NCBI GenBank assembly: GCA_965237415.1
Contig: CBDEFM010000002.1
Location: 960,001-1,024,000 of the forward strand
From: Alphaproteobacteria bacterium
GTDB taxonomy: Bacteria > Pseudomonadota > Alphaproteobacteria > UBA828
DNA: 64,000 nt
Reading direction: 5' to 3'
The position numbers and the translations under genes were made by a program. Shown here one piece after another: positions 50,692-60,873 of this stretch. The notes under the pieces were generated by a model. The model ran no database searches, was not told where the DNA came from, and saw only the letters and a program-made list of their open reading frames with translations. How positions within the stretch are numbered: the stretch's first letter is position 1; the number at the start of each line of letters is the position of its first letter.

Positions 50692-51693
50692 ATGAAGCTT
50701 CTGAGACTCACGACGTGCGCGCTGGCCGCGGCGGCCCTCATGGGCCTGACCCTCGGCACCGCCGGCGAGGCGAGCGCGCAGGAGAAGAGGTTTATCTCCA
50801 TCGGTACCGGCGGCCCGACCGGCGTCTATTTCGTGGTCGGCAACTCGGTCTGCCGCATGGTCCACAAGGAGGCCGCGGAGGGCCGCAAGTCGGGCCGCAA
50901 GCACGGCATCCGCTGCGCTGCGCCGTCCACCGGCGGCTCCACCTACAACATCGGCCAGATCTGCCAGGGCGAGCTCGACTTCGGCGTCGCCCAGTCCGAC
51001 TGGCAGTTCCATGCGGTCAACGGCAGCTCCGAGAAGGTCACGAACTGCCCCGGCCTGCGCGCGGTTTTCTCCGTGCACGGCGAGCCCTTCCATCTGATCG
51101 CCGCCGACGGGTCGGAGATCGGTTCCTTCACCGACACCAAGGGCAAGCGTGTCAACATCGGCAACCCCGGCTCGGGCCAGCGCGGCACGACCGAGGTGCT
51201 GATGGAAGGCTACGGCATCACTGCCGACGACTTCGCGGTGGCGACCGAGCTGACCTCGACCGAGCAGTCCCAGGCGCTCTGCGACGGCAAGATCGACGCC
51301 TATGGCTACACCGTCGGCGTGCCGAATGCCGGCGTGTCCGTGGCGACGGACGGCTGCAGCGCCTACATCGTCAACCTCACCGGCGAGGTCGAACAGAAGC
51401 TGGTGGCGGACAATCCCTACTACGCCTTCACGACCATCCCCGCTGGCACCTACAAGACCACCGAGGCGGACGTGACGACCTTCGGCGTGATGGCGACCTT
51501 CGTCAGCCACGAGAACGTGCCCGAGGATGTGGTCTACGAGGTCACCCGTGCGGTGATGGAGAACCTGGAGGACTTCCAGAATCTGCATCCCGCCTTCGCC
51601 AACCTCGATCCGGCGAACATGATCAAGAACGGCCTCTCGGCACCGCTCCATCCGGGTGCGGCGAAGTACTACACGGAACAGGGCTGGATGTAG
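50692..51693 (+). CDS. TAXI family TRAP transporter solute-binding protein
   Basis: Signal peptide, IGTGGPTGVY, STGGSTYN, QSD, GNPGSG and PLHPGAAKYY. Confidence 0.92.
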   Translation: MKLLRLTTCALAAAALMGLTLGTAGEASAQEKRFISIGTGGPTGVYFVVGNSVCRMVHKEAAEGRKSGRKHGIRCAAPSTGGSTYNIGQICQGELDFGVAQSDWQFHAVNGSSEKVTNCPGLRAVFSVHGEPFHLIAADGSEIGSFTDTKGKRVNIGNPGSGQRGTTEVLMEGYGITADDFAVATELTSTEQSQALCDGKIDAYGYTVGVPNAGVSVATDGCSAYIVNLTGEVEQKLVADNPYYAFTTIPAGTYKTTEADVTTFGVMATFVSHENVPEDVVYEVTRAVMENLEDFQNLHPAFANLDPANMIKNGLSAPLHPGAAKYYTEQGWM

Positions 51694-51705
51694 CCCTCCG
51701 GTCCT

Positions 51706-51739
51706 GGCGGCCGGCATCCCGCAACGGGTGCCGGCCGTT
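51706..51739 (+). terminator. Intergenic stem-loop after the TAXI gene (terminator or mRNA stabiliser)
   Basis: GGCGGCCGGCATCC pairs with GGGTGCCGGCCGTT, followed by a weak T-rich tail. Confidence 0.5.
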
Positions 51740-51801
51740 AGCTTTCTGACTGTCCCGAGGCGGGCGGCACGAGGGGACGAACGCGCCGGAATGGGGCGCC
51801 C

Positions 51802-54180
51802 GTGACGAATAGCGATCCCAGCGCGGCGGCCACAGCTGCCGATGTCGACAAGACCCTGGAGAAGGTCGAGTACCAGGGGCGTCGGCAGGGGCCGCGGCTG
51901 GCCATTGTCGTCAGCCTGCTGTGCTTCCTGTGGTCGATCTATCAGCTCTGGATCGCCTCTCCCCTCCCCTTCATGCTCGATTTCGCCATCATCGGCGATG
52001 TCCGCGCGCGCGGCATTCACCTCGCGTTCGCGCTGCTGCTCTGCTTCCTGATGTATCCGCTCTCGCGCCGCTGGGGCGAGCGGGGCCTGCCGCCCTGGGA
52101 CATCGCCTGCGCCGCGGTCGGCTGCCTCGCCGCCTTCTACCTGTTCATCGGCTGGGACGGCCTGGTCTCGCGCCACGGCATCCTCTACGTCTGGAACGGC
52201 ATTCCGGTGGAAGCCATCCTCGGCGGCGTCGGCATGCTGCTGCTGCTCGACGCCACGCGGCGGGCGATCGGCATTCCGCTGGTCGCCGTCTGTGCGGTCT
52301 TCCTGGTCTATTCGATCTTCGGCCAGTCGATGCCGGATATCGTGTCCCACAAGGGGCTGAGCCTGAACCGGCTGATCGGCTACCAATGGCTGACCGGTGA
52401 AGCGGTCTTCGGCATCCCCATCAGCGTCTCGGTCAGCTTCGTGTTCCTGTTCGTGCTGTTCGGCGCGCTGCTCGACAAGGCCGGCGCCGGGAAATATTTC
52501 CTCGCCCTCTCCTTCGCCATGGTGGGGCGTTACAGCGGCGGGCCGGCCAAGGCGGCGATCCTGGCGTCCGGCATGACCGGCATGATCTCCGGCTCCTCGA
52601 TCGCCAATGTCGTCACCACCGGCACCTTCACGATCCCCGTCATGCGGCGGATCGGCATGCCTGCGGTGAAGGCTGGCGCCATCGAGGTCGCGGCCTCGAC
52701 CAACGGCCAGCTCATGCCGCCGATCATGGGAGCCGCCGCCTTCATCATCGCCGAGTTCATCGGCATCTCGTATTTCGAGGTGGTCGCGGCCGCGGCGATC
52801 CCCGCCGCGCTCAGCTATATCGCGCTGCTCTACATCTCCCATCTGGAGGCGAAGAAGCTCGGCCTCTCCGGCCTGCCCCGCGCGGAGATCCCGCCGCTGC
52901 GCACGACCTTCCTCAGCGGCGCGCACCACCTGATCCCCATCGTCATCCTGGTCTATTTGTTGATGGTCGAACGCTGGAGCGCGCACAGCGCGGTCTTCTA
53001 CTCGATCCTCTCGGTGATGGCGATCATCGTCGCCCGGCGGATCGTCGCGTCCGTCCGCGGCGGCGGCCAGCCCCTGGGCGAGGCGCTGCGCGACGGCTTC
53101 ACCGAAATCTATGTCGGCATGGTGGCGGGCGCGCGCAACATGGTGGGAATCGCCGTCGCCGTGGCCGCCGCCGGCATCATCGTCGGCGCCGTCTCCTCGA
53201 CCGGCCTCAACAACGCCATGGTCGGCGTGGTCGAGGCGATCGCCGGCGGCAACGTCTACATCCTGCTGGGGCTGACCGCGATCCTCTGCATCGTCCTCGG
53301 CATGGGTCTGCCGACCACCGCCAACTACCTGGTGGTCGCCTCCCTGCTGGCGGGCGTGCTGGTCGAGCTGGGCAACGCATCGGGACTGGTCCTGCCGCTG
53401 ATCGCCGTCCACCTCTATGTCTTCTATTACGGTCTGCTGGCGGATTCGACGCCACCCGTCTGCCTTGCCGCCTTCGCGGCCTCGGCCATATCCAGGGCCG
53501 ACCCGCTGAAGACCGGCGTGCAGTCCTTCATGTACGACATCCGCACGGCCATCCTCCCGCTGGTCTTCCTGTTCAACACGGAGCTGCTGCTGATCGGCAT
53601 CGAGAGTATCTGGCAAGGCGCCCTGGTGGTTGTCATGTCGCTGCTCGCGATCCTCGCCTTCAGCTCGCTCACCCAGGGCTGGATGTTCGTCAAGGTGCGC
53701 TGGTACGAGGCGGTGCTGCTCGCGGCGGCCTGCTTCATGCTGTTCCGCCCCGACTTCTTCATGGACGAGATCGCCCCGCCCTTCCAGCCGATCGCATTCG
53801 AAGCCTTCGCCTCCGGCGAATTCACGCCAGAGCCCGGCCGCTCCGTCCGCCTGCACGTGACGCGCGAGACCAACTACGGCGAGCGCTTCAAGCTGTTCGT
53901 GCTGGAGACCCCGGCGGCGCAGGCGGCAACGCCGGCGGCGACCTTCGGGGTCGGGCTCGCGCGCGAGGACGACGGCCGCTATGCGGTGGTGGACATCGCC
54001 TTCGAGGGGTTGGGGGAGAAGGCGGGCATCGACTGGGGCGACTATGTCACCGGCGTCGACGTGGAGCAGGTCGACCTGCCGCCCAAGGAGCTCATCTATC
54101 CCGCCGGCCTGGCGGTGCTGGGCCTGGTCTTCTTCTCGCAGCTCATGCGCGGCCGGCGCGCGGCCCGCGCGTCGCCGTGA
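51802..54180 (+). CDS. TRAP transporter fused 4TM/12TM permease
   Basis: GGPAKAA, SGSSIANVVTTG, PPIMGAAAF, GMGLPTTANY and TPPV. Confidence 0.93.
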   Translation: MTNSDPSAAATAADVDKTLEKVEYQGRRQGPRLAIVVSLLCFLWSIYQLWIASPLPFMLDFAIIGDVRARGIHLAFALLLCFLMYPLSRRWGERGLPPWDIACAAVGCLAAFYLFIGWDGLVSRHGILYVWNGIPVEAILGGVGMLLLLDATRRAIGIPLVAVCAVFLVYSIFGQSMPDIVSHKGLSLNRLIGYQWLTGEAVFGIPISVSVSFVFLFVLFGALLDKAGAGKYFLALSFAMVGRYSGGPAKAAILASGMTGMISGSSIANVVTTGTFTIPVMRRIGMPAVKAGAIEVAASTNGQLMPPIMGAAAFIIAEFIGISYFEVVAAAAIPAALSYIALLYISHLEAKKLGLSGLPRAEIPPLRTTFLSGAHHLIPIVILVYLLMVERWSAHSAVFYSILSVMAIIVARRIVASVRGGGQPLGEALRDGFTEIYVGMVAGARNMVGIAVAVAAAGIIVGAVSSTGLNNAMVGVVEAIAGGNVYILLGLTAILCIVLGMGLPTTANYLVVASLLAGVLVELGNASGLVLPLIAVHLYVFYYGLLADSTPPVCLAAFAASAISRADPLKTGVQSFMYDIRTAILPLVFLFNTELLLIGIESIWQGALVVVMSLLAILAFSSLTQGWMFVKVRWYEAVLLAAACFMLFRPDFFMDEIAPPFQPIAFEAFASGEFTPEPGRSVRLHVTRETNYGERFKLFVLETPAAQAATPAATFGVGLAREDDGRYAVVDIAFEGLGEKAGIDWGDYVTGVDVEQVDLPPKELIYPAGLAVLGLVFFSQLMRGRRAARASP

Positions 54181-54217
54181 CGGGCGTGCACGGCGAGGCA
54201 GCCCCCTCACCCTTCGG

Positions 54218-56233
54218 CTAAAGCGTGCGGCACAGGCGGAACGCGTCGAGCACCGCGGCGTAGATGTTGCGGCTGGAGACCGCGTCCCCGATGCGGAAAA
54301 GCCGGAAGCCATCATCCGCCGCCTCCGGCTGCGGCGCGCCCGCGAGCAGAGCCTGCTGATCGACGGCGCCCCGGTTCGAGGAGCGATCCACGAGGCCGTG
54401 AAAGAGCGCGTCGGCCGGGCGCGTCCCGTGCTCGACCACGATGCGGCCGGTCTCGTGCTCCTCCGCCTCGTCCGTAAGCTCGTTGCGGAACGTCACGCGC
54501 AGCCGGTTGCCCTCGCGCGCGATACGCTCCAGGCGCCGGTCGAGCCTGGGCTCGATGCCGATCTCGTAGGTTCGCCGCCGCCAGACGACCTGCTCTGCGT
54601 AGGACATCTCCATCGCGAGATGCCCGTCGAGGCCGAAGAACTCGACCCCTCCGCCCGCCTGCCTGATCGCCTCCGCCGCCGTGAGCGCCGCGTGGCGGCC
54701 GGTCCCGTCGTAGACGATCGAGTCCTCGCCCGCGCTCACCGCGCCCGTGAGCACATCCCAGACGCTGGTGCAGTGCGCGGCGCCATCGATCCAGTCGAGA
54801 TCGGGGACTCCGCCGGTCGCGACGATGACGACATCGGCCTGCTCCGCGCCGATCGAGTCGGGCTCAACGCGCGAACTAAGGCGAACCTCCGCCCCAAGCC
54901 GCTCCAGCTCACGGGCACGCCATTCGACGATGCCGGTGAGCTCGCTCCGCCAGCTTGCCTGCGCGGCCAGCAGCACCTGCCCGCCGAGCCTTTCCGACGC
55001 TTCGCAGAGCCGCACGTCGTGGCCCCGCTCGGCGCACACCCGCGCGGCCTCCAGCCCGGCCGGCCCGCCGCCCGCGACCAGCACGCGGCGCTTCTTGCCG
55101 GCGCGCTCGATCGCGTGCGGCAACGCCGCCTCGTGGCCGGTGGACGGATTGTGAATGCAGGTGGGGCGCTGCGGGCTCATGCAATGGGTGGCCCCCACGC
55201 AGGGGCGCACGCGCTCTTCCTCCCCACTCGCGAGCTTGGCCACCAGATCAGGGTCCGCGATGTGCGCGCGGGTCATCGCCACCATGTCGAGCAGGCCCTC
55301 GCGGATCGCGTGCCGCGCCGTCTCCAGCGACGTGATGCGCGTCGCGTGAAAGACGGGCAGCCCCACCGCCTGCTTGAAGGCCCCGGCGCGCGCCAGGAAC
55401 GGCGCCTCGGCTGAGGCCATGCCCGGCATGCAGTCCACGGCGAGCTTGAGCTCCGTGTCGATGCGTCCGTAGATCGCGTTGAAGAAGTCGATGGTGCCCG
55501 ATGCCTCGAAGATGGCGGCGATCTTCAGGCCGTCCTCGAAGGTGATGTGGTGCGGGCCGGCCTCATCGATGAGGAAGCGCATGCCGACGATGAAGTCCTC
55601 GCCCACGCGCTTGCGGATCGCCTCGTGCACCATCAGCCCGAAGCGGCAGCGGTTCTCGACCGAGCCGCCGAACTTGTCGCTGCGGCGATTGGTCGCCGGC
55701 GAGAGGAATTGGCCGATGAGGTGCGCGCCGGCGAAGGTCTCGATGCCGTCGAGCCCGCCCTCCTTGCACCGCGCCGCCGCCTCGGCGAAGTCGGCCACGA
55801 CGCGCGCGATGTCGCGCTCGTCCATTTCCCTCGCGAAAGCCCGATGCAATGTCTCGCGTACGGGCGAGGGACCGATGGGCGCGAGCGCCGCGCCCGCATA
55901 GGGCTCGCCCCGCCCGCCGACATGGCTTACCTGGCACATGAGACGTGCGCCGTGGGCGTGGATGCGCCGCGAGAACCGCTGGAAGCGCTCGACGACTCGC
56001 TCGTCGTAGAGGTTGATCTGCGGCAGTTGCCACGCGGACTCGGGCGAGACGTTGGACGAGCCGCCGAACATGGTGAGCGCGATCCCGCCCTTCGCCTTCG
56101 TCTCGTGATAGCGCTGGTAGCGCTCGCTCGGCATGCCGCCCTCGGCGAGACCGCAGGCGTGGCTCGTGCTCATGATGCGGTTCTTGAGGGTGAGGTGCTT
56201 CAGCCTGAAGGGCCGGAGCAGCGGATCGCTCAC
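54218..56233 (-). CDS. NADH:flavin oxidoreductase (OYE-like plus Rossmann domain), N-methylproline demethylase-like
   Basis: DPLLRPFRLKHLTLKNRIMSTSH, GQFLSP..NRRSD.FGGS, RPCVGATHC...CIHNP and GGGPAGLEAA. Start at GTG 56233 or 56284. Confidence 0.88.
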   Translation of the reverse strand: MSDPLLRPFRLKHLTLKNRIMSTSHACGLAEGGMPSERYQRYHETKAKGGIALTMFGGSSNVSPESAWQLPQINLYDERVVERFQRFSRRIHAHGARLMCQVSHVGGRGEPYAGAALAPIGPSPVRETLHRAFAREMDERDIARVVADFAEAAARCKEGGLDGIETFAGAHLIGQFLSPATNRRSDKFGGSVENRCRFGLMVHEAIRKRVGEDFIVGMRFLIDEAGPHHITFEDGLKIAAIFEASGTIDFFNAIYGRIDTELKLAVDCMPGMASAEAPFLARAGAFKQAVGLPVFHATRITSLETARHAIREGLLDMVAMTRAHIADPDLVAKLASGEEERVRPCVGATHCMSPQRPTCIHNPSTGHEAALPHAIERAGKKRRVLVAGGGPAGLEAARVCAERGHDVRLCEASERLGGQVLLAAQASWRSELTGIVEWRARELERLGAEVRLSSRVEPDSIGAEQADVVIVATGGVPDLDWIDGAAHCTSVWDVLTGAVSAGEDSIVYDGTGRHAALTAAEAIRQAGGGVEFFGLDGHLAMEMSYAEQVVWRRRTYEIGIEPRLDRRLERIAREGNRLRVTFRNELTDEAEEHETGRIVVEHGTRPADALFHGLVDRSSNRGAVDQQALLAGAPQPEAADDGFRLFRIGDAVSSRNIYAAVLDAFRLCRTL

Positions 56234-56367
56234 GGCTTGACGGGATGAAGTCTCGCTCTGGGGCACGCGTCTTGCCTCCGACAACAGGGCGACCGGCGCG
56301 GGTTCATCCGCCCGATCGCCGCTCAGGATAGTCGCGGGGCGGACAAAAAGCAGCCGGCGGGTCCAGT

Positions 56368-56611
56368 CCGCATTTCTCGCCAGGGCCGCGGTCCGGTTTC
56401 GTCTTCCACCTCGGACGGAATTTAATCTTGAAGCGGGATTCGGTGGGATTAAGTGGGATAAGTGGGATTCGGCAGAACAGGCGGCTGCCTTGCGGCACGC
56501 GACCCTGGTGAGAGCTGCGGGCTATCGCCCCTGCCGTGGCCTGTTCGCTCGTGCGCTGCATGGCGCGATCCTGGTGCAGAGTCCGTGCACCCTCTATCGC
56601 ACCATGGTCCG
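56368..56611. repeat. Dispersed intergenic element, copy 2, with four GGGAT-initiated units (56435-56473)
   Basis: Colinear similarity to 19491-19806. Confidence 0.8.
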
Positions 56612-56838
56612 TGGCGTCAGCCCGATTTCGCTTGCGATTGTTGCGGCGGGGCCACGGCGTTACACTGCGCCTCGCGACCGGGGTGCATCCGGGGATTCGG
56701 CTCAATCGGCTGGTGGGTGCGGTTCTGCGCGATCCACCGGCGTGGGGCGCAGGCGAAACGGGACACCGGCACCAACAATAAGAAGACGAGTCGCGTGTTC
56801 GCCGCGTGCGCCGGACGATTGGGCGAGAGGGGGCGACC

Positions 56839-58140
56839 ATGACTCAGACGCTGTTCACCAACATCATGATCTTCGATGGCTCCAGCAAGAAGTCGTACCG
56901 GGGCGAGGTTCTGGTTCAGGGCAACCGCATCAAGAAGGTGGCCAAGGGCAAGAAGCGGATCGAACGGAACGGCGCGGAGGTGGTCGACGGCGGCGGGGCG
57001 ACGCTCATGCCCGGCCTCATCAACGGTCACTCCCACATCGGCTATTCCGAGGAAGGGACGAACCTCTACTCGCTCGGCGACACGCCGCCCGAGGAGAACA
57101 CGCTCATCACCATGCGCCATGCCCACATCCTGTACGACCACGGCTTCACCGCCCTGGTCTGCGCCGCGACGGGCAGGGCCCGCATGGACATCGTGATCCG
57201 CAACGAGATCGCCGCCGGCAGGATCACGGGCCCGCGCGTGTTGGCCGCCTCGCCGGAGCTGACGGTCACCGGCGGCCTCGGCGATGCGCGCCAGCTCCAC
57301 ATGTATCACGGGGCATTCTCGATCATCTGCGACGGCGCGGAGCAGTTCCGTCAGACGGCGCGGATGCTGTGCCGCGAGGGCGTGGATATCCTCAAGATCA
57401 TGCCGTCGGGCGACGAGTTCATTTACCCCTACGGCCGGGGCGACACCACCGTCATGACCGAAGAGGAGGTGGCGGCGGTCTGCGAGGTCGCCGGGCAGCG
57501 GAACCGGCGCGTCGGCGCCCACGCGCGGACTTCGGAGTCGGTCCGGCTCTGCCTGAAGTACGGGATCAACATCATTCACCACGCGACCCACGCCGATGAC
57601 GAGACCATCGACATGCTGGTGGAGGCCAAGGACGAAGTCTTCGTCGTACCGGCGATCGGCATCACCCACAACACGGCCTACGAGTCCGCGGAATTCGGTA
57701 TGCCGCCGGAGAGCGAGATCGCGCTCAGGCACCACCGCGAGCTCGCCATCGTCAGCGAGACGATCAAGAAGCTGCACGCGCGCGGCGTGCGCGTCCTGCC
57801 GTTCGGCGACTATGCCTTCGCCTGGGTGCCGCACGGGACGGACGCGCGGGACTTCGAGCACTTCGTCAACTACTTCGACTTCACCCCGGCCGAGGTGCTG
57901 CACGCCGCCACGAAGCTCGGCGGCGAGCTTTACGCCTACGCCAACGCGCAAGGGACCGGCATTCCCGATATGGGCGAGGTCAAGGAAGGCTATCTCGCCG
58001 ATCTCATCATGATCGACGGCGATCCGCTGGCGGATCTCTCGCTGTTCCAGGATCCGGACAACATCATCATGGTCATGAAGGACGGCGCGTACCACAAGAC
58101 GCCCCAGCCCCGCCGCCGGGTGGCAGCGGCCGCAGAATAG
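56839..58140 (+). CDS. Metal-dependent amidohydrolase (Xaa-Pro dipeptidase-like subgroup)
   Basis: MPGLINGHSH, LKIM, GAHA, IHHAT and ADLIMIDGDPL. Confidence 0.88.
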   Translation: MTQTLFTNIMIFDGSSKKSYRGEVLVQGNRIKKVAKGKKRIERNGAEVVDGGGATLMPGLINGHSHIGYSEEGTNLYSLGDTPPEENTLITMRHAHILYDHGFTALVCAATGRARMDIVIRNEIAAGRITGPRVLAASPELTVTGGLGDARQLHMYHGAFSIICDGAEQFRQTARMLCREGVDILKIMPSGDEFIYPYGRGDTTVMTEEEVAAVCEVAGQRNRRVGAHARTSESVRLCLKYGINIIHHATHADDETIDMLVEAKDEVFVVPAIGITHNTAYESAEFGMPPESEIALRHHRELAIVSETIKKLHARGVRVLPFGDYAFAWVPHGTDARDFEHFVNYFDFTPAEVLHAATKLGGELYAYANAQGTGIPDMGEVKEGYLADLIMIDGDPLADLSLFQDPDNIIMVMKDGAYHKTPQPRRRVAAAAE

Positions 58141-58306
58141 TCCCCGAACGGACGCAGGCGAGGGGCGCGACTGGCCCCGCGCCCCCTCTCGCCGGTCAGT
58201 TCCCGAAGCACGGCCATCACCGGGCGGCGACGGATTGCGCCCGCTCTCCTCGCGCCTGCCGATTGCCGCTGTGTAAGATGCGCTGCGCATGCAGGGAACG
58301 ACCGGC

Positions 58307-59650
58307 ATGGACAGATATCTTCCGAGCCTCGGAGCCGCCGCCTTTCGGGACGTGCCGGCGTTCGGCCACTACGACGTGGTCGTCGTTGGCGGCGGCCCGG
58401 CCGGCATCGCCGCGTCGACCACCGCCGCCGAGCTGGGGCACAAGACCCTTCTGATTGAGCGGCTCGGCTATTGCGGCGGCGCTGCGGTCTCCGGCATGTC
58501 GGGCACAATCTGCGGGCTCTACCTGACGGTCGAAGAGCCGCGCAGAACGCAGCCTCAACAAGTCATCTTCGGTTTCGCCGAGCGCTTTCGCGCCGCGCTC
58601 GAGGCGGCGGGTGGCGTCACCCGCCCGCAAATTTACGGTCGTACATGGGTGGTGACGCACGACTGCGCTACCTACAAGAGGGTCGCCACCGATCTCGTGC
58701 GCGCCGCCGACGTGGATGCCCTCTACCACACGCAAGTGATCGACGTGGTCGTGGAGGACGAGGCGCCTCGCGCACTCGTGCTCCACACCAAGTCGGGTTT
58801 CGCCAAGGCGAGCGGGACTCGGATCATCGACGCCAGCGGCGATGCGGACGTTGTCTTCAAGTCCGGGCTGCGAACGACCAAGGGGAACAACGGCGTCGTT
58901 CAGAACCCGACGATGATGTTCAAGATCGGCAATGTCGATGTCCCGCGTTATCTCGACTACTGGGGCGAGGATACGATTTCCCCGCCCAAGGTCATCTCCA
59001 TGCTGGAAGCGCGCGACGAGCTCGTTCGCAAGAAGGTGTGGCTGTTCCCCACCGTGAATCCGCGCGAAATGCTGGTCAACGCGACCAAGATAACCGGCTT
59101 CGATGGACGCGCGCTCGACGTAACCGACCCTGTCGATCATACCGAAGCGGAGCAGTTCTCGATCTATCAGGCCCGCGCCTTCTTTCAGTTCCTGAAGGAT
59201 AATATTCCGGGCTGCGAGAACGCCTATTTCATCGACTATGGCGCTGAGGTCGGCGTGCGTCAGACCCGCTCCATCGACGGGATGGAGCGACTTATGAATG
59301 CTGATGTCGTCGGCAAGCGCAAACGGCCTGACTGCATCGCCCGTTCGAGCTGGCCGATCGAGCTTCATTACGGCGCCAAACCGAAGACGGAGTGGCTGAT
59401 CGACGACTACTACGAAGTGCCTTTCGGCACCCTCGTGCCTAAGGAAGGCCGCAACATCATCGTCGCCGGCCGTTGCCTCAGCGCCGAACACGAGGCGCTG
59501 GCGAGCTGCCGTGTGACCGCGCAGTGCTTCGAGTACGGTCGCGCGGCCGCGCTCGCGACCGACATGTCGATCAAGGAAGACGTGCCCTTTCAGGAGATCG
59601 AGGGCGTCGTCATCGCCGAGCATATGAAGACGCAGGGCGGCTCGGGCTGA
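58307..59650 (+). CDS. FAD-dependent oxidoreductase
   Basis: DVVVVGGGPAG, IDASGDAD, GVRQTR and VAGRCLSAEHEALASCRV. Start at 58289 or 58307. Confidence 0.88.
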   Translation: MDRYLPSLGAAAFRDVPAFGHYDVVVVGGGPAGIAASTTAAELGHKTLLIERLGYCGGAAVSGMSGTICGLYLTVEEPRRTQPQQVIFGFAERFRAALEAAGGVTRPQIYGRTWVVTHDCATYKRVATDLVRAADVDALYHTQVIDVVVEDEAPRALVLHTKSGFAKASGTRIIDASGDADVVFKSGLRTTKGNNGVVQNPTMMFKIGNVDVPRYLDYWGEDTISPPKVISMLEARDELVRKKVWLFPTVNPREMLVNATKITGFDGRALDVTDPVDHTEAEQFSIYQARAFFQFLKDNIPGCENAYFIDYGAEVGVRQTRSIDGMERLMNADVVGKRKRPDCIARSSWPIELHYGAKPKTEWLIDDYYEVPFGTLVPKEGRNIIVAGRCLSAEHEALASCRVTAQCFEYGRAAALATDMSIKEDVPFQEIEGVVIAEHMKTQGGSG

Positions 59651-59748
59651 CGGGCGGGCAACGACACGTGCCCCAATTCGGACCAAAGTATAACCTGTCT
59701 ATTACAGTGTGTTGTATGAGATATCTAAATCAGAAAATGGGATAATGA

Positions 59749-60873
59749 ATGGTTGTCGTCACCGTCGACAGAATCGAGCTGCTGGCGATCGGCCCCGACG
59801 GTGAGAAGGTCACGTGGTCCTCTTATCTCGGCGCCATGCACCAGGCGTTGGTCGTTGCGCGGCTGTTTCTCTCCAACGGTGTGGAGGCCGTTGCCGGAAC
59901 CACCACCTACACCGAGCACGAGTTCGACAGGACGGTGTTTTCTGCCGCATCCCTCATGGCGCCGTTCGTGTTGGGTGGCGATGCGTTCGACATCCGCGCG
60001 GCCTATGCGGACATGCGGAAGCGCTACGTGCCCCTCGGGCATATCGCGACATCGCTCTTCGATATCGCGTTGCATGACGGCAAGGCCAAGACGTCAGGTC
60101 AGCCGATTTACCGAATGCTCGGCGCATCGCGGGAAGAAATCCGCGCCTACGCGTCGAGCCCATTGCTATCATCAGATCAAGCCTACGTCGACTACTGTTG
60201 GCAGATGTACGAGCAAGGCTTTTGTGCAGTCAAGATACATCCCTACTGCGTATTCGATGACGACATGCGTCTGGTCCGAACTCTTGTCGAGACGTTCGCC
60301 GAAAGAAGCATTGGTTGGAGTTTGGATGTCGACGGAATGTACACGTTCGATCAGGCGCTTCGTATGGGACAAATCCTGGATTACGCCGGTTGGGAATTCT
60401 TCGAGGCGCCGCTCCCCGATGCGGATTTAGGCGGCTACAAGGCGCTCACCGACGCACTTGATCTCGACGTGATCTGCAGCGGAAACACCCTCCCCAACCC
60501 GCAGCTGATTGAGTTCGCGCTGCAGATGGGCGCGTGGGATCGAAGCCGCTTCGATGTGACCGGCATCGGCGGTTTCACCGGTGCGGGCGAGGTCGTTGCG
60601 GCCACCCGAGCCCACGGCAAGACCTGCGAAGTGCAGAGCTGGGGATACACCCTCACGCAGGCGGCGAACCTGCACCTGATGCTCGCTCATTCGATCTGCC
60701 GCGGCTTCGAGCAGGCCACACCCGTCGAGATGTACGAATTCGGTGCAAAGCAGGTCATACGGCCGGACGCGGACGGCTTCGTCCGCCCAAGCGGCCTGCC
60801 CGGGCTGGGGGTCGAGATGGACTGGGAGCGGATCGAGCCCTGCGTCTACGCGCGGCGCTCCTTCCCGACATGA
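59749..60873 (+). CDS. Mandelate racemase/muconate lactonising enzyme family protein
   Basis: DIALHD..AK, RAYAS, LDVD, FFEAP and PGLGVE. Confidence 0.85.
   Translation: MVVVTVDRIELLAIGPDGEKVTWSSYLGAMHQALVVARLFLSNGVEAVAGTTTYTEHEFDRTVFSAASLMAPFVLGGDAFDIRAAYADMRKRYVPLGHIATSLFDIALHDGKAKTSGQPIYRMLGASREEIRAYASSPLLSSDQAYVDYCWQMYEQGFCAVKIHPYCVFDDDMRLVRTLVETFAERSIGWSLDVDGMYTFDQALRMGQILDYAGWEFFEAPLPDADLGGYKALTDALDLDVICSGNTLPNPQLIEFALQMGAWDRSRFDVTGIGGFTGAGEVVAATRAHGKTCEVQSWGYTLTQAANLHLMLAHSICRGFEQATPVEMYEFGAKQVIRPDADGFVRPSGLPGLGVEMDWERIEPCVYARRSFPT

Noticed and set aside
49357-54315. 1652-aa minus-strand ORF
   Set aside because: It is the antisense shadow of the ppd, TAXI and TRAP genes and has no recognisable motifs. 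Long shadow ORFs are expected at high GC; the same applies to most overlapping ORFs in the track.
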